Part shown: positions 1 through 12,099 of the stretch, one piece after another | How positions within the stretch are numbered: position 1 is the stretch's first letter | How the letters are laid out: each line of letters opens with the position of its first letter | DNA from: Takakia lepidozioides | Lineage: Eukaryota; Plantae; Bryophyta | Reading direction: 5' to 3' | Length of the DNA stretch: 64,000 bases | NCBI GenBank assembly: GCA_030704615.1 | Contig: CM060734.1 | Coordinates: 61,628,001 to 61,692,000, forward strand | Notes under the pieces: model-generated | The model's input: only the letters and a program-made list of their open reading frames with translations | Database searches by the model: none | Told to the model about the DNA's origin: nothing | Translations under genes and position numbers: made by a program

Positions 1-1076
1 TTTGCTTGGCGAGCATCTCGGCAGGCCACTGCCTCGGCGCAGGCCAGAAGCCGCTTGACCATTCGAATGGCCGATGGGTTTTCCGCAGACTTCAAGCCCG
101 CTGGCCGCTTTATGAATGGGCTTTCCCAGTCCATGGCGCTGATGGAGGATTCTTCCAGCTTTGACGCTTTCCTTTTGTAGTGCTGGAAGGATTCCCCTCG
201 CCATTCTGCAGACGCTGCCGTTATGGTGCTAGAATTTGCAGAGCTCCCGTCCTCCAGTTTGGCCACTTTGGGTTTAGAAGAGCCCTGAAAAGGATTGCAA
301 CTGACTGCTCGCATGGCTTCCGCAGTCATGGTACACATTCCCGGGGCACAATTGGGAGAGCCTGAGCCATTTGAGTCTGACTGATGGGAGTTAAACGGCT
401 GGCTTCTAGAGTTCTTCAAACTTGATAAAGAATCCCATGAGGCAGGAGGGCCTGAGAAAGAGAGAAATTCAACACTCACTTTGTCTTTGTCAGCATCTAT
501 CCTTTCGAGCTTTGGAACCTTAACAGAGCGGTTGCCAAACTTGTCCCCGGGTTCACCGATCACGCCCCCGCTTGTTTGCGGAGAGAAATTGTTAGATGCA
601 GATGACTCCACTGAGTACTTTGTGCTGGTGCCGCTTGTGAAGGAATTAGGTTCGGGGACAACCTCGTGTTCATTGAAGAAAATCCACTGACAGGGATCTT
701 GAGGCTGTCCGAGCAGATTCAAGTTATAGAGGTCTTGATCCTGAGCAAGTAGATTGCAGTCCTCCTGGAAGGTGTTCAGTGATGAAATTGTGCTGGAAGG
801 GGACTGCACCAGACCCGCAATGAGCTCGTCCAAAGTTGGATCCCAAAATCTAATGTTGCCAGGATTACCCGTTGGCTCTAACACCGTAGCATTCGAGGTG
901 AATCCCTTGCTGCCAGAATCAACATGCGGTGCAAGCTCTGGGGACTCACTATTGGGTGAGTACGAAAGAGAGCACCCCGCGACGGTGAAAGGAGAATCTG
1001 GGAAGAGAGGTTTTTCCCATCTCTCCCTCTTTAACAAGTTGGGGTTATTGATCTTAGGGTACATGAATGTTGCCAT
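1..1076 (-). CDS. GRAS-family transcription factor, 5' part (RAD1-like LHR-I motif); continues beyond window start
   Basis: Hand translation from ATG at 1076 stays open to the window edge. A long Ser/Pro-rich N-terminus leads into AIRMVKRLLACAEAVACRDARQA, the start of a GRAS leucine heptad repeat I. Absent from the ORF track because no stop lies in the window. Confidence 0.85.
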   Translation of the reverse strand, partial: MATFMYPKINNPNLLKRERWEKPLFPDSPFTVAGCSLSYSPNSESPELAPHVDSGSKGFTSNATVLEPTGNPGNIRFWDPTLDELIAGLVQSPSSTISSLNTFQEDCNLLAQDQDLYNLNLLGQPQDPCQWIFFNEHEVVPEPNSFTSGTSTKYSVESSASNNFSPQTSGGVIGEPGDKFGNRSVKVPKLERIDADKDKVSVEFLSFSGPPASWDSLSSLKNSRSQPFNSHQSDSNGSGSPNCAPGMCTMTAEAMRAVSCNPFQGSSKPKVAKLEDGSSANSSTITAASAEWRGESFQHYKRKASKLEESSISAMDWESPFIKRPAGLKSAENPSAIRMVKRLLACAEAVACRDARQA

Positions 1077-1913
1077 CGCTGGAGCTTAAGACAAGCACGC
1101 GGAGATATGCTCAGCTCGCTCCCTCTCTGGGGCCGACTTGTTCTCGAAGTTTCTTCTTCTTTCTAACGCGGCGGCACCTCTGAGCAGGATGGGTCAGTTT
1201 TCTCACCTTTCTGACGCGGCCATGGCTGAGCACTCTCTCTCTCTCTTTCTGACTCTCTCTCCTTTCTCTTCCGTTCTCTTCCGCGTTCCTTTCCCTCCTC
1301 CGCTTTCTAGTGGATCCCTTGTCCTCCAGTCTCCACCCTTCACTCACAAATTTGGCTAAAGTTTGTCAACTTCTCACTACAAATCCTTTGATTTCTCGCT
1401 ATGATCAATTTTCGCCCCCTTTCTACCGCTGATGGAATACAAGGACATTTTCTGCCTCCCCTTGTTGCTTAACACGACTCCCTACCAGCTTGCTCTCACT
1501 CGCTCAGAAAACAAGCACTCTCGGCAGATTCGAAGTAGGAAAAAGCATGAGAAGACAGGTCCTTTCCGTTGCGTTTATGGCTGGGATGACTCTATGTTTG
1601 ACACGCTCAGAAAGCAGCAATGCTCTAATACCGCAATAGCTGATCTTTCTCTTTGTCGCCCGTCCCAAAAACAAAACACCAAAGTTTACCTCTTTCTTCG
1701 AGTCTTCTCACAACTCTCTCTCAAGCAAGTGATCAGATGTCTGCGCAAAGCATTAGTATCACTGCAAGAGTGACACTGAGTGAGAAGATGTGAAAAATAG
1801 ATGTCTCAAATTTCACAGGAGACAAAGGTCTAGAGGGTGGCTTGGTGGGAAGCAACAGAGGTGAAAGCACAGGCAGTCTATCGCCACATATCAATCTTCA
1901 TCTCAATCTCCAT

Positions 1914-1915
<2 letters not shown>

Positions 1916-1954
<39 letters not shown>
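1916..1954. repeat. (CT)n microsatellite upstream of the GRAS gene
   Basis: Directly visible CT run. Confidence 0.95.
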
Positions 1955-1957
<3 letters not shown>

Positions 1958-4643
1958 CACAGTGAGGTAGCAAGCTCTAGTGCAAGGCAGCCTGCATATA
2001 GCTAGCAGCCTGGCTCTTGAAAAACTAGTAAAATTAAAACAATAGATTATAAGTGGGTCCATTCCACCATTCCCTCTCACTATCTTTGCAATAGTTTATC
2101 ACACTTGGGGCCCATTTCTTTGTCTGATGTGATTCAGGCAGTTGGATGGGATGATCATTTGGTTTGATTGGCTTGCTACGCATTCTTTTTCATTTCTTTA
2201 TGTCAACTCTTCCCTTGCTACGGGAACTTTCCATCCTTTGTACAGTTACATCATGTCAGTTTGTAAATAAAGCTTTACAGGGTTTCATCATTCATGTGTG
2301 GACTCTTATTCGCACCAATGGCTGTCCTCTGTTTTGGACCTTCAAAATAAAACCCTTTCAAAAAATTTGGACCGATCATTTATTTAGTGCGTCCCCTTTT
2401 ATTCTACTTTATTTTATTTTATTTTATTTTATATTTTTAATTTTATATGTATATAGTCCATATGAGTTAAAGCAAGTCCGGTGCCATGGCAAAAACTTTG
2501 AGGCGATGCAACACAAGGGACCCATTAGCAGCAACTGGAGGGGGCACCCTCTTCTACCACAACAAGAGCACAAGAGCCAGAACGACATCGGCAAGCTGCC
2601 TGTCTTCCGCCGGCAAACTATTGCATACAAAATGGAGCATGCGACTTATTTTATACACCATCAATATCAAGGCTGGGTTTTTGGTTACGAAGTGGAGTCA
2701 GCCTTCGTGTCACTCTCTCCGAGGTTTTTTTTCCTCATGTATGTCTCGGACATTTAAGTCCACCTTATCTATAAAGTTTTGAGGCTACCATCCCTCTTCT
2801 CTTTAAATTTTAAGAAAAACAAAACAAAAAAAGGCTGGGAGAATGGGATTAATGAATGGATGTCCACCACGTAGCACCCGTATTCTTTGTGAGTAGCTCA
2901 TGGTGGAAAATCTAACGGTGAGATTGAGATTTTATCTTTTCCACGCCGGGTAGAATTTGTGAATATGCCCGGCTATATCCAAGGGAATTTGGAACTATTT
3001 GATTCTCTGTCCCCTTTCTTTAAAAAGAAATTAATAAAAAATAAAAAAAGTCAACCAACCATTCTGCAACTCTTTGAAGGTTTCAGTAAATCATCATTTG
3101 CGAAGTGGTGCAAAGACTTATGGTTTCCTTTTCTTCGTTTTTAAATTTTGTTTTGAAAAGATGACGGTGCCCCGGCCGGAAAGCTAAGTTATTTTTTGCC
3201 TCTATTTTTAAAGCCTAGTCTCCAACTGCCACCCACAAAATCGGGCCTTCCCTACCAGACTTTGGAATATTTCATTATATTATTTTATTTTTAAAGAAGG
3301 AACAGAGGAAATTATTATTATTATTATTATTATGAAAACACGGCTACAGCTCACTGTGTTCCTCTTTGGGGAGTATTGAACCCATAATTAGTTCATCCAT
3401 ATTTCGCAAGGTATTATCAGCTTATTTTACGTGTCTCTCCCAAAACTGTAAAGACTATTTTCACGGTAGTGGATGGACGTAAGAAACAATATGGATGGTA
3501 CAACGTTCAGAGCGGACAAATATTTGGCGATGATGTCCCTCACACCCACTCCCAATGTCCCACATCCCATTCTAAGGCCGCGACCCTAACTCTTAGGGTC
3601 AAAGGTTGGACCACCAAAGTAGGGGTCTCTCGCTGTATCATTCACATCCATCCAACGTTTTTTCATCCCAGTTCGTGAGGGTCCTGTCAACTACATGCAT
3701 ATGCTTTTTTTCTGCTCCTCTTAATTTCCAGAGAACCAGTTCATATTCAATCTACTGTCCATGCAGAGTTTTTCATGCACAATATTAGATTAGTCAACAG
3801 ATCTGGGCACATTTGCCTGCACTAGAGTCATCTAGTATGGTTTGCTTACATTGACTAAACTGTCGTCTGAATATTGACCACTATTCATCCATAAGCAGTA
3901 AAGTTGTGGCGGAATGGGTAACATTTCAGCCTAAATACACTACCCATATAGTGGACAAAGTTTCAACCAAGCAAACTATCTTCAAAAAGGACGCAAATGA
4001 CAATTTGCTTGAAGACAATGTATAAGTTGCTGAAAGCGACAGAATGCATACACCTCACATCCTTCTTTTTTTCAGTGGCCTGTGCAATGGTCCCTACGTC
4101 CATACATCCACCAACAACCAAACAAGAATGATGTCTGTTAGCACTAACGTCAATGAGTCTGTGCCTCACCGCACTTCAATTGGATCTACACATCGTTTGT
4201 ATAGGTCTTGAAAACAAACAGAAATGATATAGCACAAGTGGCACATTGCGCCCTGCGTGTGCACAGTAGGAGCCATGATAGGACCGCTTTTCAGCGGTGG
4301 GCCTTGGAATGTTCCTACATTGATGAGGTTGAACCATCTAAATTTAGGATGTGATAGCATAAGTTTGAGGAGATGTCTGCCTCCTTGATTATGGCTAATA
4401 ATGCGGAGTCGGTGTATTATGGGGTGGGTACCGTGGAGAAGAAGGTGGGGCCAAGTGTCTATTTGGGGGGGGGGGGGGGCTGGACCCGGCATAGTGTACA
4501 ATGCTTGTTAGGCCATGCTCGCCTCCCAACAGGTCTTGTCCATCAGGCCGGGCTTTGTGCATATCTGACCAGGCTGTTTAGGTCTTCAAGGCCGCCACCC
4601 CCAGAGGCATGCCCACCTTAGGTAGGGTATATGGGGTAAATAG

Positions 4644-5000
4644 CAGTGTTGTGTAATTATCTAGCGGTTACCTATGCGGTATCTAGCGGTCTCTAATACC
4701 CAGCGGTTACCTATATATATATATGACCGGCAGAGGTGAAAAATGAAGTAACCGGTCCAGTTAGGAACCGGCGGAGGTTAGGTATTCAAATAACCGAGCA
4801 AATAACCTTTTAAAGAACCGCCCAATACTCGCAGCTATTTGATGAAAACCGTCAGTTATTTGAGGTTTTTGCAAGTCACCGCATGCTATGTCTAGCCAAA
4901 AGAAATTTAAATAATCGTAACCGCAGGTTAATAGTTTCCTAAATTTTAAAGCAACTGAAACCGCCGGTTATGAAAAAAAGCAAATAACCGCCCAACATCA
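4644..5000. mobile_element. Non-autonomous hAT-type MITE
   Basis: Ends cagtgttg...caacatca (degenerate TIR). Flanked by the 8-bp direct repeat gtaaatag (4636-4643, 5001-5008). Internal aaccg/cggtt subterminal motifs. Confidence 0.75.
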
Positions 5001-5899
5001 GTAAATAGCATATGGTTGGTCGGGTGGGTCAGGCAAAACATACAGGGGTGTGGTACATGCCCAACCTCAACTTGTGGAGTTTGGGTAGCATATGCGGAGA
5101 CTCGCACTTCTAAGAGTGTGCTTGAGCATAAACAAATATTTTAAAGATGCTACAGCAAAACGAAGGGTGCTCATGTGTCAGTTAAATTGTAATAATATCC
5201 AAAGGTCAACTCACATAAGCACAAACTATCATTTTTTGAAATTATAGCATAGCTCTTGAACTTGGTCTTTTTTTTCTTTTTCTGTTTTTACTTTTTTCTC
5301 CACTTGTATAGAAATATCCAAAATTACTTTGATTAACTTTTGTCAACAAAATCCGAGTATTCTTCTATAAATTAATTTTTCTTTGGCATTTCCGCTAGTG
5401 ACGGGACACACAAGGCGAAAGTCATTCACCATATTACTGGTCTCAAAGAGCAACCATACCAACAACACACATCATATGCTGGCAAAACCCCCCTTGGGTA
5501 CATACATTGACCATATATGATCCTCAATCGCTAATCTACAATTCCCGACCTCCATCATTGCCAAATTATATGAAATAAGAACCATCACTAACTAAACTTA
5601 TTTATGTACATCTCTCCAACTCCCTAAAAATAACGCCTTGGGCAACTAGATTACCTACTAAGACGGTACATTTACCTACCCCAATCACCTGACACATATC
5701 CTCAAGTCAACTTGGATAAAGCATGGAAATTGACGACCCCAAGATCACTTTGGGCACTACTATTGCCACAAGGCCGAGCGCAGATTTGAAATAGATTTTT
5801 TACAATTTTCTAGCATGAGAACATTTTCGTTTCGCCATATTTCAAACTTCACAACCCTCTCTTATCCAAAGTTTCCGCCTCAACAATGCATATACACAC

Positions 5900-6520
5900 T
5901 CCCTAACAGAGTCGCAAGTAGGTTATGGCATTTACTCCATTGGATATAACTAGAGAATATAGAAAAGACTCCCGAGATGTCAGAATATTCTGCGAGTAGA
6001 ACCCATGGCTATTCATGATGCAATAACATATCTCTCACATCAACAAGCTATAGGAACCTATTTACCTATTGACGGACAGTTCGGTCTCTCTCTACCTCCT
6101 CACCAACCAAATGTTGCTTCCTCACTCCCGCTACAAATCCATATATACAAAGTCCGCTCCCATACACATATACTAGGAAATGACATAGCGGACCAGATGG
6201 CTCAACTCACTCCATTCAACCTCCTGTCAATCCCTCTAATGACTCTATTCACTTGGCACATACATATCCATTCTAGCTCGTCTCAACTAAGCCGAGATTC
6301 CATACCATTGCACCTATACGGGACCTACATACATATGTTACAAGAGAAACCAAAATTACGCATCCAAGGATCCCGCACCTACACCAATTCCTATATATCC
6401 TAGTGGGTATTTCCCCATACCTAATGTATGTCATGTCCAACCACTTTTGGACTTCTCCTATAATTACTCATGCCCAAATTAGACAAACACTACAATTTCG
6501 ATAGAGCCAACACATGGGTA
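5900..6520 (+). mobile_element. Degenerate retroelement remnant with RNase H-like domain
   Basis: ORF 6005-6403 contains IHIYKVRSHTHILGNDIADQMA, matching the C-terminal RNase H motif (KVxxH...GNxxAD). Frame is disrupted. Confidence 0.6.
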
Positions 6521-8874
6521 ATTAGGGGAAGTCACTTGGCATGGATTCCAAACCACGTGCGATAAAACATAGGGTCTAACAAAATCATGAAAAACAAAAA
6601 ATTTAAAAGATTTAATTTTAACAAAGGGTTGTGGTATTATGAACATTACATTTATTAAAAAAAATAGGGGTACTTCTTTGCGTTTGTGTTACAAAATCTT
6701 TTAAAGAATATATGGGAAGGAAAAAATAAAAAAAATAAAAAAAAATGAAGCTAGGATTCCCTTCACCATTATGATTTCAATTGGTGGATGAACATAAGTA
6801 GGTGACTATGGATGAAGTATGAGCTGGATGGAGTTATGAGGAAGGTGGGCACAAAATTGGGGATGTCAAGGCACCCCATTGATCTCATGAACAAGTCATC
6901 AGCAAGCAAGAGGAAGACTGCTACTACGGGGCCAACTACCATGGTCTTGTTGAATTGGTTTATTAAGGCCCGGGGGAATCTGAAGTTCAAATATGATGGT
7001 ACTGATTCTAAATGGGTAGATGTAGATACCATTATCTCTACTGTCACTTTAACTGAACAACTTGTATGTGTTAGATATCAATGATGCAGACTCATTGAAT
7101 GAGTTCTAGCGACGACCGCAGGTCGGAAGCTAGTTTAGCGTAGAGCAGGAATAGGGTGCCATAGTGCCACGTCATCGTTGCTACATCATCGTAGCCAGGT
7201 CATCGTCGTCGTCAATTTCTTTGGAATCTGCCCGGACGGCCCGCGAGAAATAGACTAATAGAAATCGCCGCGCCAACGTTTTTGGAACTGCCCGCAATGC
7301 CCGAATCTTTCTTGAACTGCAGGAGCTTTGCGTTTTCCGCCATCGTTCACCTTGCAAGCACAGGCATGGATAGTTGAAGGAGCAGGGATCGAGTGTGGGT
7401 CCAGATTCATAGATCGATCCGACATTATCTGACTACAGACACAAGCAGCACACACAACAGGTTATTGCCAGGCTGTGTTTCAATCTCTGCCTCCTGTTAG
7501 TACCATGATTTGGTATTCTTCCTGATGTTTACAAGGTTCTTGGGAGAGTCAGCTCGGTCTTAGCAGGCTGTGTTTCAATCTATGTCTGCTCAGCTGCATC
7601 ATGTTGGTTCTCACAGACCAATCCGACATCACCTGACACAAACAGCACACACAAGGGGTCATTTTGGGTTGATGGTCAAATCCTCCATGGATCATGCCAC
7701 AAGGTCAAGGACAATGTGGTGAGGGCACCTTCTTCTTCGACCTATTTCAGCCTGTTTTTCCCTCTCATCATACTCGGCCCTGAGATGCATATTGAATTTT
7801 CAAGGACTCAATGTGGTGAGGGCATCTTCTTCGACCTATTTCAGCCTATTTTGCCCTCTCATCAGACTCGGCCCTGAGATGCATATTGAATTCTGCAAGT
7901 TAGGTCGTTGGGTAGATGGTCAACTGGAAACAGCAGCGGCAGCGGCACAAATGATAGAACAAGGCACTGCTAATGTTCAAGCACCTTCTTCAACACTTTT
8001 CACCCTGTTTTTCCCTCTTGTTAGAATCGGCCCTAAATTTCCATGTTGAATTCTGCAAGTTAGCTGGTTGAGTGAATCTGGTTTGGAGTGACTTTGACAT
8101 GATACTGCCAATGTGATAACAGGAAAGTATCCGAAAACAGGTAACAGAGAGAAGGTGTGGAATGAATACTTTGTTGACCCCAGTCAATGGTAGGACAACT
8201 GAGGCAAAAAGTTGAATCCCTGGTAGATGACAGAGAGTAGCAGACGCAATTCAGCATAGGAACTAGTGTGATTGGGTGTTTCCTAGGTTGTCATTGTCAG
8301 CTGCTAGCAGCAAAGGAAAAGATGAATGCATGATTTGTGAAGAGGCATGGATTTTGGCATTTGATGCCAAAATGCCGAAATGAGACGTGGTCTCTTGGAT
8401 TGCAATAATTGTAGGATGTACTGAGCAAGGGCATGGTGAAGAGGCATTTGACCTCTTTGGGCAAATGCCACAAGAAGGTGTAGAGCCCGACAAAGTCACT
8501 CTCATTTGCATCCTCAAAAGGTGTGCCAACCCAGCAGCTCTAGGGCAGGGCAAGGGGCTTCATGCCCACATTGTCAGAGCTAGATTTGAATCAGATGTTT
8601 ATGTAGGAACTAGCCTTGTCCATATGTATGCCAAGTGTGGGAGTTTGGTGGATGCGCGAAAGATGTTTGAAAAATGTCTAGGCTAGATGTGATTTCATGG
8701 AATGCTCACGCTCTTTCGGCAAATGCAACTAGAAGGCGTGATGGTCCATGCCCATATCATTGAAGCTGGCTTTGAGTCAGATTTCCGTGTGGGAAACACC
8801 CTTCTCAGCATGTATGTCAAGTGTGGGAATCTGGTGGATGCATGCCGAGTCTTTAACAATATGCTTGAACAAAT

Positions 8875-10613
8875 ATATGACCAGGGCGGGCAAAACAAGC
8901 GTGACACAGCCTATCACAGCCCATCAAGGCGAAACACAGCCTATCACATCCAATCACAACGTGACACAGCCTATCACAGCCCATCAAGGCGAAACACAGC
9001 CTATCACAGCCCATCACGACGTGACACAGCCTATCACGGCCCATCACGATGTGACACAGCCTATCACAGCCCAGCACGGCGCAACACAGCCTATCACAAC
9101 CTACCACAGCGTGTCACAGCCTATCACAGCTTACCACAGTGCATCACAGCCTATCACAGCGTACCACAGTATAACACAGCCTGTCACAGCTCAACACAGC
9201 CTACTAGGGTTACACAATCCATAGAATCAGTGACAGGTGGACGCACATTAACTTCAGGAAAATGGCCGACGGAAGAAAAGACGGAAACCAGTTTAAAAAT
9301 AGACACGTGGAAGTCAGGGCGCGACACACAGCTGAGAAGGAAGTGCAAGAACAGGTGTCATCAAGAAAGAGGACAAGAATGGCCGTCAAAGTACCTATTT
9401 AGCGCGTCAATTCGGATGAATGGCGGGCCCATTAATGAATACAGAAAAAGGGGAACGGAACAAACGGCAAGTACAGAAAAGCGAAATTCTTGTCATATGT
9501 GTAATCCTAGTGGACAGTCCAGCAGGGAAAGTCCACTAAAGAACATTAAATCAAAAATCCAGTCACAGCGGTTACAGCCAATCAAAAGCCAGAGAAGAGA
9601 TCAAGAAATTGGAGGGGAATTAGGCGCAAGAGACGGCGTCGTTCTAAGTAACGGGCGTCGCAAAGGGACAAACCATCAATGCGATAGCTTTGAAGCTATG
9701 GATGAACTAACAGACTATACGCTTGCAATACTACTTATGCAGTGGCATAGGGACGAAACAACAGAGCGGATCTTTTCTCTTGAGCGATGCTTGCAAGCCC
9801 CACAGGCTTACAAGAAATTACCCATAGCTTTTTGTGGCAACCATACGTTTATGCTTTGTGCACTACAGGCATTTCTTCAGTTGTTACAGCCAAAACATTT
9901 CTGTGGGTCTAGAATGAAGAGAGTGAGAGGAATGGAGGAAATCAGGGTGAAGAGCACCACAATCCTGCAGAAACAAACGATTGCTACTCCACAGGCAGTA
10001 CAGATACTAAAGAAGCTGAGATTGCAAGGATTGCAAAGCATAGATTGGACATTGCACCATAGACAGTACATGTTACAATTCTTGCAGAACTTTGAGCCAA
10101 GGACAGGAACAACAACGGTGAAGGGAGTTGAATTAGTAATTACTCCCCTATACCTCCAGCAATTGTTTCGATTGCCAGCAGGTCAGGTGCATGTGGAGGA
10201 GCAAAGGGCAAGACTGCAAATAGGGGACTTATTCCAAGAAGGGAGTTTCTTTAAAACTCAGGGTTATGCTTGTACCAAGGCCGTGTACCCAGGGCTAAAG
10301 GAGGTAGGCCAGGTATTGAACGTTCTGATTGCCATGAAACAGAACCAACAGTATTTGAGCAGATCCTTCACGGAGGAAATACTCAAAGCCCTGAAAGGAT
10401 AAGAGGTAGAATGGGCGGACATAATGTACAACGCACTGGTAGAGGAGATGAAAAGATTACAAGGTACTACCGCAAAGTCTCCTATCATAGTGTCTGGCCC
10501 AATCATTGCTCAAATAATTCTTGATTCTGGCATACTTGATGCGCAAGAAAGAAAGGAGATGGGAGTGTTTGAGCCAGAAACCACTGCAATGGAAGAGCAA
10601 GGCTCTTCACACA
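8875..10613 (+). mobile_element. 1.7-kb insertion in a PPR motif: minisatellite plus retrotransposon-like accessory ORF fragment
   Basis: The PPR frame breaks after FNNMLEQ and resumes at VVSWNAMIAGY (10614). The insert encodes LQFLQNFEP..TTTVKGVELVITPLYLQQLFRLP and EVEWADIMYNALVEEM, resembling plant LTR-element accessory proteins (inference). Confidence 0.6.
8899..9200 (+). repeat. 30-bp tandem minisatellite, about 10 copies
   Basis: Unit approximately gtgacacagcctatcacagcccatcacgac; translates as (RRDTAYHSPS)n. Confidence 0.95.
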
Positions 10614-12099
10614 GTAGTTTCATGGAATGCAATGATTGCAGGATACATTCAACAAAGGCGCAGTGAAGAGGCATTTGAACTCTTCTGGCAAATGCAACGA
10701 GTAGGTATGAAGCCTGACAAGCTCACATTTGTTACCATCCTCAACGCCTGCACTGGCCAGCAGCACTGGAACAGGACAGGCGTGTACATGCCCACATCAC
10801 AGAAGGTGGAGTTGAGGCAAATTGTCTGTTTAGGGAATGCCCTTGTCAACATGTATGCCAGGTGTGGAAGCGTGGTGGATGCGCAGAGAGTGTTTGATGC
10901 TTCCATAATTACAGCAACAGGAGCTAGCTGAATGCATCATAGGACGCATGTTCTAAAATTAGAACCACAAAATGTTGCAGTGTATATGCTGCTGTCAAAT
11001 ATTTATGCTGCAACTCAGATGTGGACAATCTAGAAAAGACCAGAAAATTGATGGAGGATAGAAGTCTGAAAAAGGTGGCAGGGCGAAGCTCGATATAGAT
11101 CACACCACAAACAGGGGAGATCTTTCCAATCTTGAAACATTGCGGAAGGGGATGAAAGAGAGGATATGCTTCTGACACATTTTGTGTTGCGTACTCTGGA
11201 TCAGGTGCAGAAAATGGTAGTCTGCATATGTGGAGTCCTCACATGGACCTTGTCTGTGATGGTAAAAAAGAATACAAGGCCTATGCAGGTTGCAGCCTGA
11301 AGACAAGGCTTTTGGATCGCCAATTTTTACTCAGGCGAGGAGAAGCTGTGGAATGAATACTTTTCTGACCCCTGTTAATGGTGGGACAAATCGAGGCAAA
11401 AAGGTAAATGCCTGTTGGATAACAGAGAGTAGCAGATGCAATTGAGCATAGGAACTAGTATGATAAGTTGAGTTGGGTGTTTCCTAGAACAAATCTAGGC
11501 TGTCATTGTCGGGTGCTAGCAGCAAAGCAAGGATGTATGCATGAGTGGTCGAGCAAATGGAGTCTTTGACAATGTGGCTGAATGAAATGTGGTGTCGTGG
11601 AATGCGATGATCGCAGGATATGCCCAACATGGTTGTCAAGGTCCTGCAACTATTTGAAGGAATGCGAAAGAACAGCTTGAAGCCGGACAGTATCACCTTT
11701 ATATGTGTTCTCTCTGCATGCAGCCACACTGGCCTACTGAAATCCAGATGTTGTGGTGTGGAAGGCCTTGCTTGGTGCCTACAGAATCCATGGCAATGTG
11801 GAAATGGCGCGACTTATGTGTTGCTATCAAACATCTATGCCGCAGCTGGCAGGTGGGATGATACTGCAAAGGTGAGAAGAATGATCACGGTCAGAGGGGT
11901 TAGAAAAGAGCCAGGAGCCAGGTCGCTGCTGCATTGAGGTTGGCAACAGGGTGCTGTAGATGACAAGTTGCATCCCAGAATTAAGGAAATCCATGCTGAG
12001 CTGAGAAGATTGTCTGGGTGGAATGACTTTGACAAGTAACTGCCAATGTGGCAGCAGGAAAGTATCCAAAAATAGATAACAATGTTCAACAATGTGGTT

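Noticed and set aside
3700-4500. Short ORFs on both strands
   Set aside because: No recognisable domain or exon structure.
6780-7110. 90-codon ORF (LKFKYDGTDSKWVDVDTII) as a gene
   Set aside because: Looks like a transposon-derived fragment; I cannot assign a family from the sequence alone.
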